NCBI RefSeq assembly: GCF_032191835.1
Contig: NC_083235.1
Coordinates: 55,366,001 to 55,430,000 of the forward strand
DNA from: Heteronotia binoei
Taxonomy: Eukaryota
Reading direction: 5' to 3'
Length of the DNA: 64,000 nucleotides
In this document: one piece after another, positions 13,657 through 26,510 of the stretch
How the letters are laid out: every line of letters begins with the position of its first letter
Position numbering within the stretch: position 1 is the first letter of the stretch
Notes under the pieces: model-generated
The model's input: only the letters and a program-made list of their open reading frames with translations
Told to the model about the DNA's origin: nothing
Databases searched by the model: none
Position numbers and translations under genes: made by a program

Positions 13657-16600
13657 TTTTGAAGTATGCTCACTTGCATAGTTTTAAATATATAGAAAAC
13701 TGGCGGCAGCTACCTCTTTGAATTTCAAGATACCATTGTTAAATCTGGTGAGTATGCTCCACTAACATTTTTCTGAATAAAGGTTTATTTCCTTTGTACA
13801 ACAGAGCATGTGACAGCCAAAAATTGAACTTTACATTTCAATAGGTCACCAGGACACGGTGAATTTGAGAAAGCACCGTATAAGAGAACATTCAGAAGAA
13901 ATTATCACCATAATGGTGAGTTAAAGCCACCTTGTCATCTTTTTACATGTGAGCATAACATGGCAAATACAGAAAAACAAAACAACATCAAGAACACCTG
14001 AACACATGGGCTTTGCAGTGGGGGCAGCTTGCAGCACAGAGTTCTTATCTATTCCTGGACTGAAAGAGAAATTAGCAGCCAAGTGGGGTTTTTTTTGAGG
14101 GGGGGCAACATGATCTCCTGTGGACTTGCACTTACATGTGTGAATGCATGTGCACACACACACTTTTCCTCCTTCCCAGTGACTCCTTTGGCAGTGCTGG
14201 AGGAGCCTGACAGAGGTCAAGAGATGAGTCTAGTGCCACCTTTAAGGCCAACAAAGAGAGAGTTGAGTTGTTCCACTGCTGGGGTGATCTCTAATTTCTT
14301 CCTGGCACCAGTGCACAGGAAAAGAATCATGGGAATCTATTGTTGCTAACAAAGCTTGTGAGGGAGCTGTGCTTAAATCCTCCTCTGGGTGCCCTTCCCA
14401 GCTGAATTAAAAAAAAAATTGCCACAGAGGCCACAGCGATATTGTAACCTGGCTTTCTTTCACTCCCTAAAGCCCCATTGCTGCATGCTGACATGCCTGA
14501 AGAAACACACTTGGCTTCTTTCCCTTGTGTGTTCCTCCCAGAGGGAAAAGGAGGATTGCCTCAAAGGCCCCTGAGACATGGCAGAGGTTGCTGATGTGAT
14601 CTTCCCTTTCTAGCTGGGGAGGGCACCTGGGAGAAAACAGTCCACCATGTGCTTCACACAAGTTAGGAATCGGCTTTGTGTCCTCAATGCCCATCTGAGG
14701 CCAGCTCAGGAGCTGAAGTTCAGCAGGCAGAAGGAACTGCTATATTGATCAAGACAATGGCAGAAGACAGATTCTTAGGGGTTATATTAGGCTTGGCCAA
14801 TCCAGAGGCTTTGTGCTGCCTGCCAGTCACAGGGAGTACTGTTGCACACTCTTATTTATTTCAGTGGTCTGAGATCTGGGCACTCTCCCACAGTATTAAG
14901 AAGATCATCAGTCTCACTTCATAAAGATCCTGAGTTTAAGTCCAAGAATCCCTGAGACCTAAAAGGGAGATAAAAACCAAGCTATTCTTAGATATGGGAC
15001 ACAGCCCAGTTCAGTCTTTATGAACAGCAGATCATCTGCTGATATGGGACCTCAGAGAGTACAAAAATACTGGAAGTGCCACATGATGAGACATCAGCAT
15101 ATCATATACAAAACTGCAACATTGCCCAGGTTATCCTGAATAAGCCAGTGAAATTTGTTGCCATTCTTCCATGAAGTGAAGTCAAAGCTCTTGCAATAAT
15201 TCTAGTTTGCCGTCATTGTCATATAGATCTAATTCAAATAGCCAATCAGAACAGTGAAGTCCTTTATGCCCTGGTTTGCAACTGAAGGGATGATTAAAAG
15301 GAGTTACAAGGCAAGAACTGATGGAAAAAAGAGACCATAGATTGCTTTTAAAAGGTTGGCTGGGGGAGAAAGGGGCCTGTTTGGGAAAAGATCTACAGTA
15401 TAGTTTCTGCCTTCTCTAGGTTTATCACAGCAGAAAAGCTACAGATGCACCAAGGAAAATAATTAAAGGCATTTTAGCTCTTTGCAGTCACTCATGCAGC
15501 AGCAAGGACTTTTGATCTCTGTCATTATTCTGTCCAAATGGAGTCCCTGGCGGATTTAAAATTCACCTACTAAACACATCTTTTATTGGTTCCAGACTCC
15601 AAAGACTCACCCACTAAATGGTCTCTGTGATGGCACCTGAACTGCGTTTCATTTTCTACCTTTTTGGTTTTCTCTTTCTTTCTCTAAAGGGGAAACACAC
15701 AATGCCACCCTCTTTTAACACATTATTCCCTATAGAAAGTCAGGCACATAGCCTGAGCAAAGGTTCTGTGGTGTTAAAACGGCAGGAAGGAAGGGAGAGA
15801 GAAAGAAAAGGAAAGTGATGGCAATCATGACAACTGTCCTTCGTCTGTGAGACACCCCATCGTAATGCATTCCTGCAGTGGTCACCGCTAATAATGAGTT
15901 CCATGGCCCTTACAATTTCCTTGATGGCTGAGCTATGAGATAGTAATTTGCAAACGGAAGGGGGTCATTTGCTCCAAGTCACCTGTCTGGTCTGAACCAT
16001 GAGTTCTTTTGGTTTTTGCTATCTATATTAGCATAGTTGTGAATGGAAAGACTAAAAATTGCTGTCTTCAGATTGAAGAAATGTATTTCTTCCTCTCTCA
16101 GACAATGTGTTCATGGATCTTTTCCCAAAGTGATACCTTGCAGGAAGGAGAAGACATAATCTTCTGGTTATATTACCTATAAAAGAAGATGGAGGAAGGG
16201 GAGAAATGTGTATCTGGGGCTTTGTGGGCAGTGGGAAATATCGTGGTGGTGGTAAAAACTTCAAACAGAAATTACTGAAAATTTCCATGGGGTGGTAAGA
16301 AAGTACTGGTAGAGGAAATATAGGGGGTTGTAAGAGTATGTATAGTAGGCCAGTTGTAGATTGCATGCTATCATGTTGTGACCATCCCTCTTTTTTGATC
16401 CAGGATTTTTAATTCCAGGAACTTTTGATCAGACACCCAACTCTCTGCCCTCTTCACAACATGGCTCACCCCAGTTGATGACCATCCCAATGCCTGCTAC
16501 ACAGCACCTGTGGAATAGGTGGCCCAAGGCATTTTAATCCCCCCCCTCTGAAAATTGTGCATGTGCAGAAGCAAACGAGGAAGTTACGGCTGCTAATATG

Positions 16601-17410
16601 GGAGCTTTAACAGGGACTATTTCTACCCCTGTCCCACCCCAAAAACAGGAAAGAGGGATTCTTTGGGGGGAATTGTTGCCCAAACCAACAGAATACCTAC
16701 AGGATAGCTTGGGACGAATGTGCACTTATGCACACATCACTAACTGAAGTAAAAAAGAAATGGCAGCAGGAACTGTGCACACAGCTTCATTTCGCAGTGG
16801 AGTGATTCGACATCTGGAAATGAGGGGTGAGTCCATGAAGATCTGTAAAGAGCAGACTTTCCTCAGTGCCTAAGAACTCCGGCTCAAAGATGGGTGAGTA
16901 CAGGGTGCCAATGACTGGGGGACAGGAGGCAGATGTTGCTGTCTGAACCTGCATTTTAAATCTGCAGGGCAACAGCAATGAAGTCGGATCTAACATCTCA
17001 TCTGACTATAGCCTGAGACAACACTTGATTGCTCATGGCTTCACAACATGATACAGCAGTGATGGCCCGTGTTGCTTAATTTCTTCCAAGAGTCATGATG
17101 GTAAGCAATGATCAATGTACTAGGGACAATTAATTCTAAAAAGCACACATGATTTGTTGTGACAAACACTTGATATACTAGCACGTCTATCCAGTGCATT
17201 TGATTTACCACCGCATAGAGGGGAAAAGAAGGATCAATTTGCCAGGTACTTAATGCCTGTGCATTTAATTAAGGTATGGGAATTGGGAGGATATCTGGGC
17301 TACCTTCTGAGACATTCAGAACAACATTAAAGTTCTTTTATGTGGCATCTGGGATGTTATGCACAATGTGTGTGCAGTGGTTGCATTGCCCTAAGGAAAC
17401 TCTTTTAAAA

Positions 17411-17646
17411 AAAAAAAAGGTAGTCCCCTGTGCAAGCACCAGTCGTTTCCAACTCTGGGGTGACGTTGCTTTCACAATGTTTTCACGGTAGACTTTTTAC
17501 AGGGTGGTTTGCCATTGCCTTCCCCAGTCATCTACACTTTCCCCCAGCAAGCTGGTTACTCATTTTACCAACCTCAGAAGGATGGAAGGCTGAGTCAACC
17601 TGGAGCTGGCTACCTGAACCAGTTTTCGCTGGGATCGAGCTCAGGT
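17411..17646 (-). mobile_element. Sauria SINE
   Basis: Same body as 2525-2806. Confidence 0.9.
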
Positions 17647-18489
17647 CAGAAACTCTTAGGTCTATACTAAAAACAGAGTCAGGTTGTTGTCTTAGAGAGA
17701 AAATATACGGCATCATGCTCTATACCACTTGTCTTGACTTTTCAGAGGCAGCACAGTGGCCAGTCCATAAGAAGGAAGCTAGACCTTGCTTTCTGGCATG
17801 CTGCTTTTCTTGTGGGGGGGGGGGGGGGGCAGAGGCAGTGTGGCACTGCACTCCTAGTCACTGACATCATCTTATACTAACTCTATATTAGCTGTGCTCC
17901 GTTCTCAGTAATGGCTGTTACTCTCGTAAATGAACAAATTAGAAGACACTATTCCCTAATGGTTTGTCCTTTCTCTAAGTTGTTGGTCTACTTCCACTGG
18001 CTACATGGCAGTGAGGCCAAGAGTTCTTCCATTTGTCTGCTCAAGAAAGTACAGAAATCACTGTCAGAGTATATAAAAAGCTCACTTTTTACAGGGCAGC
18101 AGCGGTGATTTGGGATTATCTAAACTCACGTTTTCCATGGCAGGTGTGATCTTTAGCTACAGTTGGTTATATTTGCTGCTGGAAGAAGGACCCATGCCAA
18201 TTTTAGATTATATCAGACTTGATTCCACATACTCCTTTATTAAGAGGGTAAAAGTAAATCAATGTTGTGTGTGCATGTGTGTGTGGAAAGGAGACATCTA
18301 AAACTGAGAAATTTTGCAGTGCCTTTATAAACAACCATGACCAACTTGATAAATCTAACTGTTCCTGCTTTTCCCCTGTTTTGTGAATGAAACTAAAGAT
18401 CTGTCTCATTGTTAACTTACACAGGCTTTTAGAGTGCACTGAGAAGGAAATGGATTCAATCTCTTTTGAAAAATCTCTCTCTTTCACTC

Positions 18490-18535
18490 TCTGTCTGTCT
18501 GTCTGTCTATCTATCTATCCATCTATCCATCCAGC
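18490..18535. repeat. Compound (TCTG)(TCTA)(TCCA) microsatellite
   Basis: Seen directly. Confidence 0.9.
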
Positions 18536-20757
18536 CAATCAATTTTTATGCTACCAATGCAACAGCTTGGCAGTGTACAGGAAAAAAATGCCATACAGTC
18601 ACAACCATAAAATATCATAATAAAATCATCATACAATTCCTGTAACTGTAACAAAGGATAAGGCAATAAAATCAGCCTTCATTTTATCACAAGCTGCTAA
18701 AAAGAAAGATAGAGTGAAAAAAGGTGTTGTCCGGTTTGTCTCTGACATAGCGAAGCCTGAGTTCCAACTAACCTCCAAAATAGGGTTCTAGAACTTACAA
18801 CTGATCATGCCTCTTTAATGTTAAGACTTGGTACACAGAAGGTACCTCCAGGAGAGCCTCTCCATCTGAATTGAAGGGCCATGCCAGAATGTACTGGACT
18901 ATTTCTGAAGAAGTTATCCATCCAGGTTTCATGCTGTTGAGAAGAGTGTTTCCCCATATCCCTTCTTCCCCACGGCATCATGGTGTTCTAGGAATAAGGC
19001 CCATTGTAAGGGAAAATATAATTAACTTTAGAAAGAGGCTCTGGGTGAATGCCCCCCCCCCCCATTGCTGTCTTCCCACCCACTCACCCAAGTGAAGGCA
19101 TTCACTCCCCCAAGCCTTGGTGTCTTCCTACCCACCCAAGGCAGCCATTTTCTGTAAAGGAATTGATCTGACTTCAGCTTTTCATCTCCTCCCCGCTCGT
19201 TGCAGCCCCTACCTAGGAAAAATACAGCCTTCACAGTGTGGACCAAAGCAGCTTACATCATTCTCCTCTCCCCCCTTTGAACTTCACATCAACCTTGTGA
19301 GGTAGGTTAGGCTAAAAGTCTGTGACTGGTCCAAAATCAGTGTGGACCAAAGCAGGAGGGAAGTGACCTCAGCGGGGTATAATGACACAGAATCTACTGT
19401 GCAAAGCAGCCATTTTCTCCAGCAAGCAGATCTCTGCCATCTGGAGAGCAATTGTAATTCTGAGTGATCTCCAGCCCTCACCTGGAGATTGGTAACAATG
19501 GTTCCCTAAGAGGATATGACTGGTTTAGAGGGTGGATTCTATGGCATTGTACCTGAGGTCCTATCCCTCCTCAAACTCCAGCCTCTTCAGGCTCCACCCT
19601 TTAAACCTCCAGGAATTTCCCAATCTGGAGTTGGCAACCCTATCTCCTTCTCAGCAGAAGTAGCAAGCAGCCAGGCCTAGGGTAGCCAACCTCCAGGTGG
19701 AGCCTGAAAATCTCCTCATATCACAACCACGTTTAACTTTAAAAGGGATAAATTCTCGGAGATGAGGAGGCATGTGAAGAGGAAACTGAAAGGAAAGGTA
19801 AATACAGTCAAAACCCTTGGGGAAGCTTGGAGGCTATTTAAAACTACAATCCTAGAAGCTCAGATAAAATATATACCACAAGTTAGGAAAGGCACAAACA
19901 GGTATAAGAGAAGGCCTGCATGGTTAACAAACAAAGTAATGGGACCTGTAAAAGGTAAGAAGGACTCCTTTAAGCGACAGAAAGCTAGTCCAAGTGAGAT
20001 TTAAAAAAGGGAACACAGGCTGTGGCACATCAAATGCAAGACTGTGATCAGGCAGGCAAAAAGGGACTATGAGGAGCATATTGCAAAAAACATAAAGACC
20101 AACAATAAAAATTTATTCAAATATATTAGAAGCAGGAAACCAGCCATGGAGGCAGTGGGGCCCTTGGATGACCAAGGGGTAAAAGGATTACTGAAGGAGG
20201 ATAGGGAAATGGCTGAGAAGCTAAATGTATTTTTTGCCTCCATCTTCACTGTGGAAGGCGAGAAGTGTTTGCCCGTTCCAGAACCACTAATTTTGGAAGG
20301 GGTGTTGAAAGACCTGAGTCAAATTGAGGTGACAAGAGAGGAGGTCCTACAACTGATTGACGAATTAAAACCTAATAAGTCACCAGGTCTGGATGGCATA
20401 CATCCAAGAGTTCTGAAAGAACTCAAAGTTGAACTTGTGGATTTCCTGACAAAAATATATAAACTTTCATTGAAATCTGCCTCCGTTCCTGAGGTCTGGA
20501 AGGTAGCAAATGTCACCCCCATCTTTAAAACGGGTTCTAGAGGAGATCTGGGAAATTACGGGCCAGTCAGTCTGACTTCAATACTGGGAAAGTTGGTAGA
20601 AAGCATTATCAAGGACAGAATGAGTAGGCATACTGATGAACACAAGTTATTGATGAATACTCAGCATGGGTTCTGTAAGGGAAGATCTTGCCTCACTAAC
20701 CTGTTACAGTTCTTTGAAGGGGTGAACAAACATGTGGACAAAGGGGACCCAATAGAT

Positions 20758-21043
20758 GAAGAAGAAGAAGATATTGGATTTATATCCCGCCCTCCACTCT
20801 GAAGAGTCTCAGAGCGGCTCACAATCTCCTTTACCTTCCTCCCCCACAACAGACACCCTGTGAGGTGGGTGGGGCTGGAGAGGGCTCTCACAGCAGCTGC
20901 CTTTTCAAGGACAACCTCTGCCAGAGCTATGGCTGACCCAAGGCCATCTCAGCAGGTGCAAGTGGAGGAGTGGGGAATCAAACCCGGTTCTCCCAGATAA
21001 GAGTCCGCACACTTAACCACTACACCAAACCACTACACCAAAC
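20758..21043 (-). mobile_element. Squam3 SINE inserted in the CR1 RT
   Basis: Splits DPID|VVHLDFQK; (GAA)n tail at 20758; 13-bp duplication cactacaccaaac at its 5' end. Confidence 0.92.
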
Positions 21044-22091
21044 TGTTGTTCACCTTGACTTCCAGAAAACTTTTGATAAAGTTCCTCATCAAAGGCTCCT
21101 TAGTAAGCTCGAGAGTCATGGAGTAAAAGAACAGTTCCTCTTGTGGATCAAAACCTGGCTAATTAATAGGAAGCAGAGAGTGAGTATAAATGGGCAGTCT
21201 TCGCAGTGGAGGACGGTAAGCAGTGGGGTGCTGCAGGGCTCAGTACTGGGTCTCATGCTCTTTAACTCATTCATTAATGATCTGGAGTTGGGAGTAAGCA
21301 GTGAAGTGGCCAAGTTTGCAGATGACACTAAATTGTTCAGGGTGATGAAAACCAGAAAGGATTGTGAGGCACTCCAAAGGGATCTGTTGAGCCTGAGTGA
21401 GTGGGCATCAACATGGCAGATGAGGTTCAATGTGGCCAAGTGCAAAGCAGTGCACATTGGAGGCAAGAATCCCAGCTACAAATACAAGTTGATGGGTTGT
21501 GAACTGGCAGAGACTGACCTAGAGAGAGATCTTGGGGTTGTGGTAGATAACGCACTGAAAATGTTGAGACATTGTGCAATTGCAATAAAAAAGGCCAATG
21601 CCATGCTGGGAATTATTAGGAAGGGAACTGAAAACAAATCAGTCAGTATCTTAATGCCCCTGTGTAAATCGATGGTGCTGTCTCATTTGGAATACTGTGT
21701 ACAATTCTGGTCACCGCACCTCAAAAAGGATATTATAGCATTGGAAAAAGTGCAGAAAAGGGCAACTAGAATGTTTAAAGGTTTGGAACACTTTCCCTAT
21801 GAAGAAGGGTTAAAACGCTTGGGGCTCTTTAGCTTGGAGAAACGTCGACTGTGGGGTGACATGATAGAGGTTTACAAGATTATGCATGGGATGGAGAAAG
21901 TAGAGAAAGAAATACTTTTCTCCTTTTCTCACAATACAAGAACTCATGGGCATTCAATGAAATTGCTGAGCAGTCAGGTTAAAATGGATAAAAGGAAGTA
22001 GTTCTTCACCCAAAGGGTAGTTAACATGTGGAATTCACTGCCATTGGATAACAATATGGAGCAGAGGTCCATCAGTGACTATTAGCCATAG

Positions 22092-22103
22092 TATGTATGT
22101 ATG

Positions 22104-22178
<75 letters not shown>
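22092..22178. repeat. (TA)(TG)(TA) compound microsatellite within the CR1 3' UTR
   Basis: Seen directly. Confidence 0.95.
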
Positions 22179-22181
<3 letters not shown>

Positions 22182-23199
22182 TGCACACATATATTGGCCA
22201 CTGTGTGACATAGAGTGTTGGACTGGATGGGCCACTGGCCTGATCCAACATGGCTTCTCTTATGTTCTTAACAGAACTGCAGACAACAGAGCTCTTCCCC
22301 CCTGGAGAAAATAACTGCTCTGGAGGGTGGACTCTGTAGCATTATATTCAGCTCCCCTCCCTGAACACTGGCTTCTGTAGACTCCACCATAAAATCTCCA
22401 AGAATTTCCCACTAACCTGGAACTGGCAGCTCTAGTCAGGGCTGGCCCCAAAGAGTTCTCCCTCAAAGGCCAAAAGAGGCCTAGAAAGGGCCTGCTCCCC
22501 CTGCCTTTTACTGACAGAACTGAGATTAGTTGCCTAGCAATAGTTACCACCTAGCAGTTTTCCCAGTGGCTCAATCCTCATGTGTCCTGGCAAAGGCAGT
22601 GGGCGGGGGAGAGGAGTATACTCAGCCAATAGCACGCAAGTTCTTTTGAGTGGTGTTTGATGGACCAATGGCTGATGTGGTACACATCATGGACCAATGG
22701 GAGAGCCAGAAACTTTTTCCAGTCTTTCCCAAACCTGCTTTGCTATGAAGTTTTGGAAAAGACTGCAATAAAGTCTGGCACGGCAGCTTTCCCCCCCTCC
22801 TTCAGTACCTTTGGTGGCCATTTCTTCTTTCTACCACTGTGGGGGCTTTTTTGTTTTGCTTTTCCATCACTACTGAATGTTGTTATAACAATCAGTGTAC
22901 TGCGATCTCAGAATCCCTGGCTTTCATTAAAAAAAGGCACCTAGCCTCTTTTGTTTTGGAGTAATAAGGGGGAAGGCAATGAAAGAGTCTAGGGACTCTG
23001 CAATGAAAGAGTCTAGAGACTTGTTTTTTAAAATGAAAGCTGAGGTTTTAGAGAACCCAATACAACTGATATTCAGGTGCTGATTAAAAAGCTCTGGTAC
23101 TGCGGGGGGGGGGGGGAGGGACTGAGGTAGGGAGCTGCTACTGAGGGACTGGGGTAGGGACCCTACAGAGAAATGTACCCATTGCAGCTCCACTGTATC

Positions 23200-23310
23200 T
23201 AGGTCTCTTTTTTTGGTAGAAAAAGCCCAGCAGGAACTCATTTGCATATTAGGCCACACCCCCTGCCGCCAAACCAGCTGGAGCTGTGTTCCTACTTTTA
23301 AAATGCCCTG
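23200..23310. mobile_element. 111-bp hAT MITE (CAGGGC-type TIR)
   Basis: Perfect TSD ACTGTATC (23192-23199, 23311-23318); subterminal gtagaaaaagcccagcaggaactcatttgcatattaggccacacc shared in reverse with 26475-26545. Confidence 0.85.
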
Positions 23311-24780
23311 ACTGTATCAGCAGCTGCAGCAGCAACAGCAAAACTACACACGCCTGTCCCCTTGTGGAAAACACCAAGGAAGTAACCCTTGAGATTTATA
23401 TTGCTGTGATTGTGTGGTAAAGCAAGCTACCTCTCACTTTCTGCTGCAGAGATAAGCTAAGGTGGAGCTAGAAACCTTGGAGCAGCCCATATAACAGTAA
23501 AACAGACGTGACATCACTTCTAGCTCTTGGTATTGAAAAGAGGACTCAAAATACCAAAGTGGTGGTGGTGGTGGTGGTGGTGGGGAGAGAATATGGGCAG
23601 GAAAGGAAAGGAACTAGGGTTGCCAGTCCTTGACTGGCAAAAAACAGGAGACTGAACTGGGCTCTAGGGTGGGGTGGGGAGTTAGAAATGGTATTGAGCA
23701 ATGTCCAACATCACTTTCAGCAAAAAAAAAAGTGACATCACTGCCTTGTGCCCCAGCTTCTGTTGCCTGCTGGCACTTCAGTAGTCAGCAGGAGAAAAAA
23801 ATTACAAAAAAATTGCCATTGGTTGACTGTTATGTCACTTCTGGCCAGGGAATCACTTGAAACAACATGGTAAAACTAAAGCACAGAAGTGAACCAAGTC
23901 TTAAATAAGATTAGTTCATTTGTTACACATGCTTGTTTAGTTAATGATACCTGCCAATAAAAATTAAGGCTCTTGGAAACTGAAACGTGGAGATTGCACT
24001 TCATAACACATTGCAGGGTTTTTAAAATATATTTTATTCATTGTCATTGTAGCAAGGCTGTCTTTTATATTTTATTGATTCCTATGAAAAAGTGTGTCAG
24101 AGTTAATGCAGATAAAATAATTGGATTGGATTGGATCGGCTCATCGTATACAGAGTGAACGTGCCCAATGGCCTATTGGCAATTGCTCTGGGGGGAGGGG
24201 GAAGCTGTGGAGCAGCTGCCCAGGATTAATGTAGCAAATGCTTTCAGGTATAACACAACTGGCTGCAGGTATGAAATGGGAATATCCTTCCTCTCCTTTT
24301 TTTGTAACGTCTTCATCATCCACTGGCATGACAAACTAGTCAGTCAGAGTAAACACAAAGGTGCCACCTGGATGGATTTGAATCTAACTTGCTCCGTTTT
24401 AAAAAAAAGTGTATCAAATGCTCAACAATTGGATAAAGTGTCACATGTTTAAATGAATCCACATTCAGTTAGCTAGTGTGGTACAGTGCTCAGAGTGTTG
24501 GGGTGTGTGGAAACCTGGATTCAAACGCCCACTCACCCACGAATCTCATTCAGTGCTCCTGGGCCAGCCTTTTTTTTCCTCCTGATTGTCAGGAAAGTAA
24601 AATGGAAAAGAAGAGGCACACATCCAGAACATGAGATCTTTGGAGAAAGTATGGGTTTAAAATGTGATGTGTAGATATGGTCCTCCCCAGGGATTTTTTT
24701 GAGCTGGAACGCACTGGAACGCCGTTCTGGCTGGCACGGGCAGTGTTCCAGTTCATCCCAGGCAGTTTCCTGGCTGGCCG

Positions 24781-25150
24781 GGGGTCAGGGGACCCAACTG
24801 CACTTGCCTGGCTTTCCCCCCGATCCTCCGCTGGCCAGCGGGGGTCAGGGGACCCTGCGGTGACTTCTCTGCGTTTCCCCCACCCTCCGCTAGCCTGGCG
24901 GGGGTCAGGGGACCCTGCAGTGGCTCTGCAGCTTTTCCCTGCCCTCTGCCCACCTAGCGAGGATTGGGGGGCCCTGCGGCACCCCCGTAGCTTTTTCTCA
25001 CCCTCCGCCAGCCTGGCGGGGGTTGGGGGTGCTGCGGTGCCTCTGCAGCATTTTCCCTGTGCTCCGCCAGCCAGCAGGGGTCAGGGGCCCTTCTGCTCCT
25101 CCGTGGCTTTTCTCCACGCTCCTCTGGCCTGGCGGGGGTTAGGAGGCTCT
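24781..25150. repeat. GC-rich ~60-bp tandem array, ~6 copies
   Basis: ggggtcaggggaccc...cctccgc(t/c)agcctggcg units start at 24781, 24841 and 24901, with degenerate units at ~24961, ~25019 and ~25077. Confidence 0.9.
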
Positions 25151-25535
25151 ACTGCAATGGGCGGCGGGCTTCCTGTGACAAGCAGCAATTTTAAAGGTGA
25201 GTTGATCCCATCCCTTCTCCCCCCTTTCTTTGTTTCTTTTATTTTCTTTCCGTCTCTCTCTCATTCATTCTGTCTTTCTTTTTCCCTGTCTGCTTTGTTT
25301 CCTACTCTCCCACTCTTTCTGTTTTTTTTTTTCAGTCTTTCTTTTTATCAATATTTCTTTTTCCGTTTGCTTTATTTCCCACCTCCCGCATCTCTCTATG
25401 TCTCTCTTTCTTTCTTCTATCTCCCCCTTTCATTCATTTTTCTGTCAGTCTTTCTTTTCCCCTTTGTTTTATTTTCCACTCCCCCAGTCTTCCTTCTTGT
25501 CAGTCTTTCTATCAATATTTCTTTTCCCCTGTTCG

Positions 25536-25733
25536 NNNNNNNNNNNNNNNNNNNNNNNNNNNNNNNNNNNNNNNNNNNNNNNNNNNNNNNNNNNNNNNNN
25601 NNNNNNNNNNNNNNNNNNNNNNNNNNNNNNNNNNNNNNNNNNNNNNNNNNNNNNNNNNNNNNNNNNNNNNNNNNNNNNNNNNNNNNNNNNNNNNNNNNNN
25701 NNNNNNNNNNNNNNNNNNNNNNNNNNNNNNNNN
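25536..25733. other. Assembly gap (198 N) inside a pyrimidine-rich tract
   Basis: Run of N flanked by CT-rich low-complexity sequence. Confidence 0.99.
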
Positions 25734-25781
25734 TTCTCTGTCTATTTGCTTTATTTCTCTTTCTTTCTTTAAGCACTACAC

Positions 25782-26227
25782 CAGGGGTGGCCAAACTGTG
25801 GCTCAGGAGCCACATGTGGCTCTTTCACATATATTGTGTGGCTCTTGGAACCCTCACTGCCCTGTCAGCCAATTTGGAGAAGGCATTTCTCTCTTTAAAT
25901 CACTTCTCCAAGCCAGCCAGCAGCTTAGAAAATGCATTTAAAATTAGTTGCTTTCTTTCCACCTCTCTCTCATTCCTCCCTTCCTTCTGCTCTCAAACAT
26001 CTGACGTTCATGCTTTGCGGCTCTTGAACATCTGGCATTTATTCTATATCAGGGGTGGCCAACTGTAGCTCTCCAGATGTTTTTTGCCTACAACTCCCAT
26101 CAGCCCCAGCCATTAGCCATGCTGGCTGGGGCTGATGGTAGTTGTAGGCAAAAAACATCTGGAGAGCTACCGTTGGTCACCCCTGTTCTATGTGGCTCTT
26201 AAGTTTAAGCAAGTTTGGACACCCCCG
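25782..26227. mobile_element. hAT Charlie/Buster-type MITE (middle layer)
   Basis: TIRs caggggtggccaaact / agtttggacacccccg; TSD cactacac / cactacag (nnnTAnnn). Confidence 0.8.
26050..26185. mobile_element. 136-bp palindromic Charlie/Buster-type MITE (inner layer)
   Basis: caggggtggccaac...gttggtcacccctg; TSD ttctatat / ttctatgt. Confidence 0.9.
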
Positions 26228-26402
26228 CACTACAGCATGCTGGCTCTTGAGATCAAGTAGTTTGTTGGAATTTTTGTTTTTGTTTTTTTCCCGGTTTGGC
26301 TATATATATATATGGCTATATAGTTGTGGACTTTTTCCAATGCTAGAATATCTTTTCTGAGGTATGGTGACCACATCTCAAAAAATATATTATAGTGCTT
26401 TT

Positions 26403-26510
26403 GGTGATGTCAGAGGTATGGCCTAGTATGCAAATGAGGGTGATGTCAGAGGTATGGCCTAGTATGCAAATGATGGTGATGTCAGAGGTGTGGCCTCGCA
26501 TACTAATGAG
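26403..26510. repeat. 3 x 36-bp tandem repeat containing TGATGTCA and the octamer ATGCAAAT
   Basis: ggtgatgtcagaggtatggcctagtatgcaaatga(g/t) at 26403 and 26439; degenerate third copy at 26475. Confidence 0.95.

Larger units (their letters stand above)
19730..22270 (+). mobile_element. CR1 LINE, 5'-truncated ORF2 (RT) plus 3' UTR
   Basis: ORFs 20044-20802 and 20970-22001 contain KSPGLDGIHPRVLKEL, QHGFCKGRSCLTNLL, KFADDTKL and HLEYCVQFWSP; 3' tail ggcttctcttatgttctta. Confidence 0.95.
19678..22434. mobile_element. Short hAT MITE split by a CR1 insertion
   Basis: Left piece tagggtagccaacctccaggtgg (19678-19728); right piece 22271-22434 ending ctggcagctcta; TSD gccaggcc / gtcagggc (6/8). An intact relative lies at 56515. 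Confidence 0.7.

Noticed and set aside
22976-23021. 24-bp tandem duplication gcaatgaaagagtctag(g/a)gact
   Set aside because: Ordinary slippage duplication in a decayed repeat-rich region.
24677-26068. 463-aa ORF
   Set aside because: Produced by the GC tandem array, a CT-rich low-complexity tract and an N gap inside a MITE; no domain-like sequence.
24781-26510. CRISPR-like array
   Set aside because: Units abut without unique spacers, there are no cas genes, and the context is eukaryotic.
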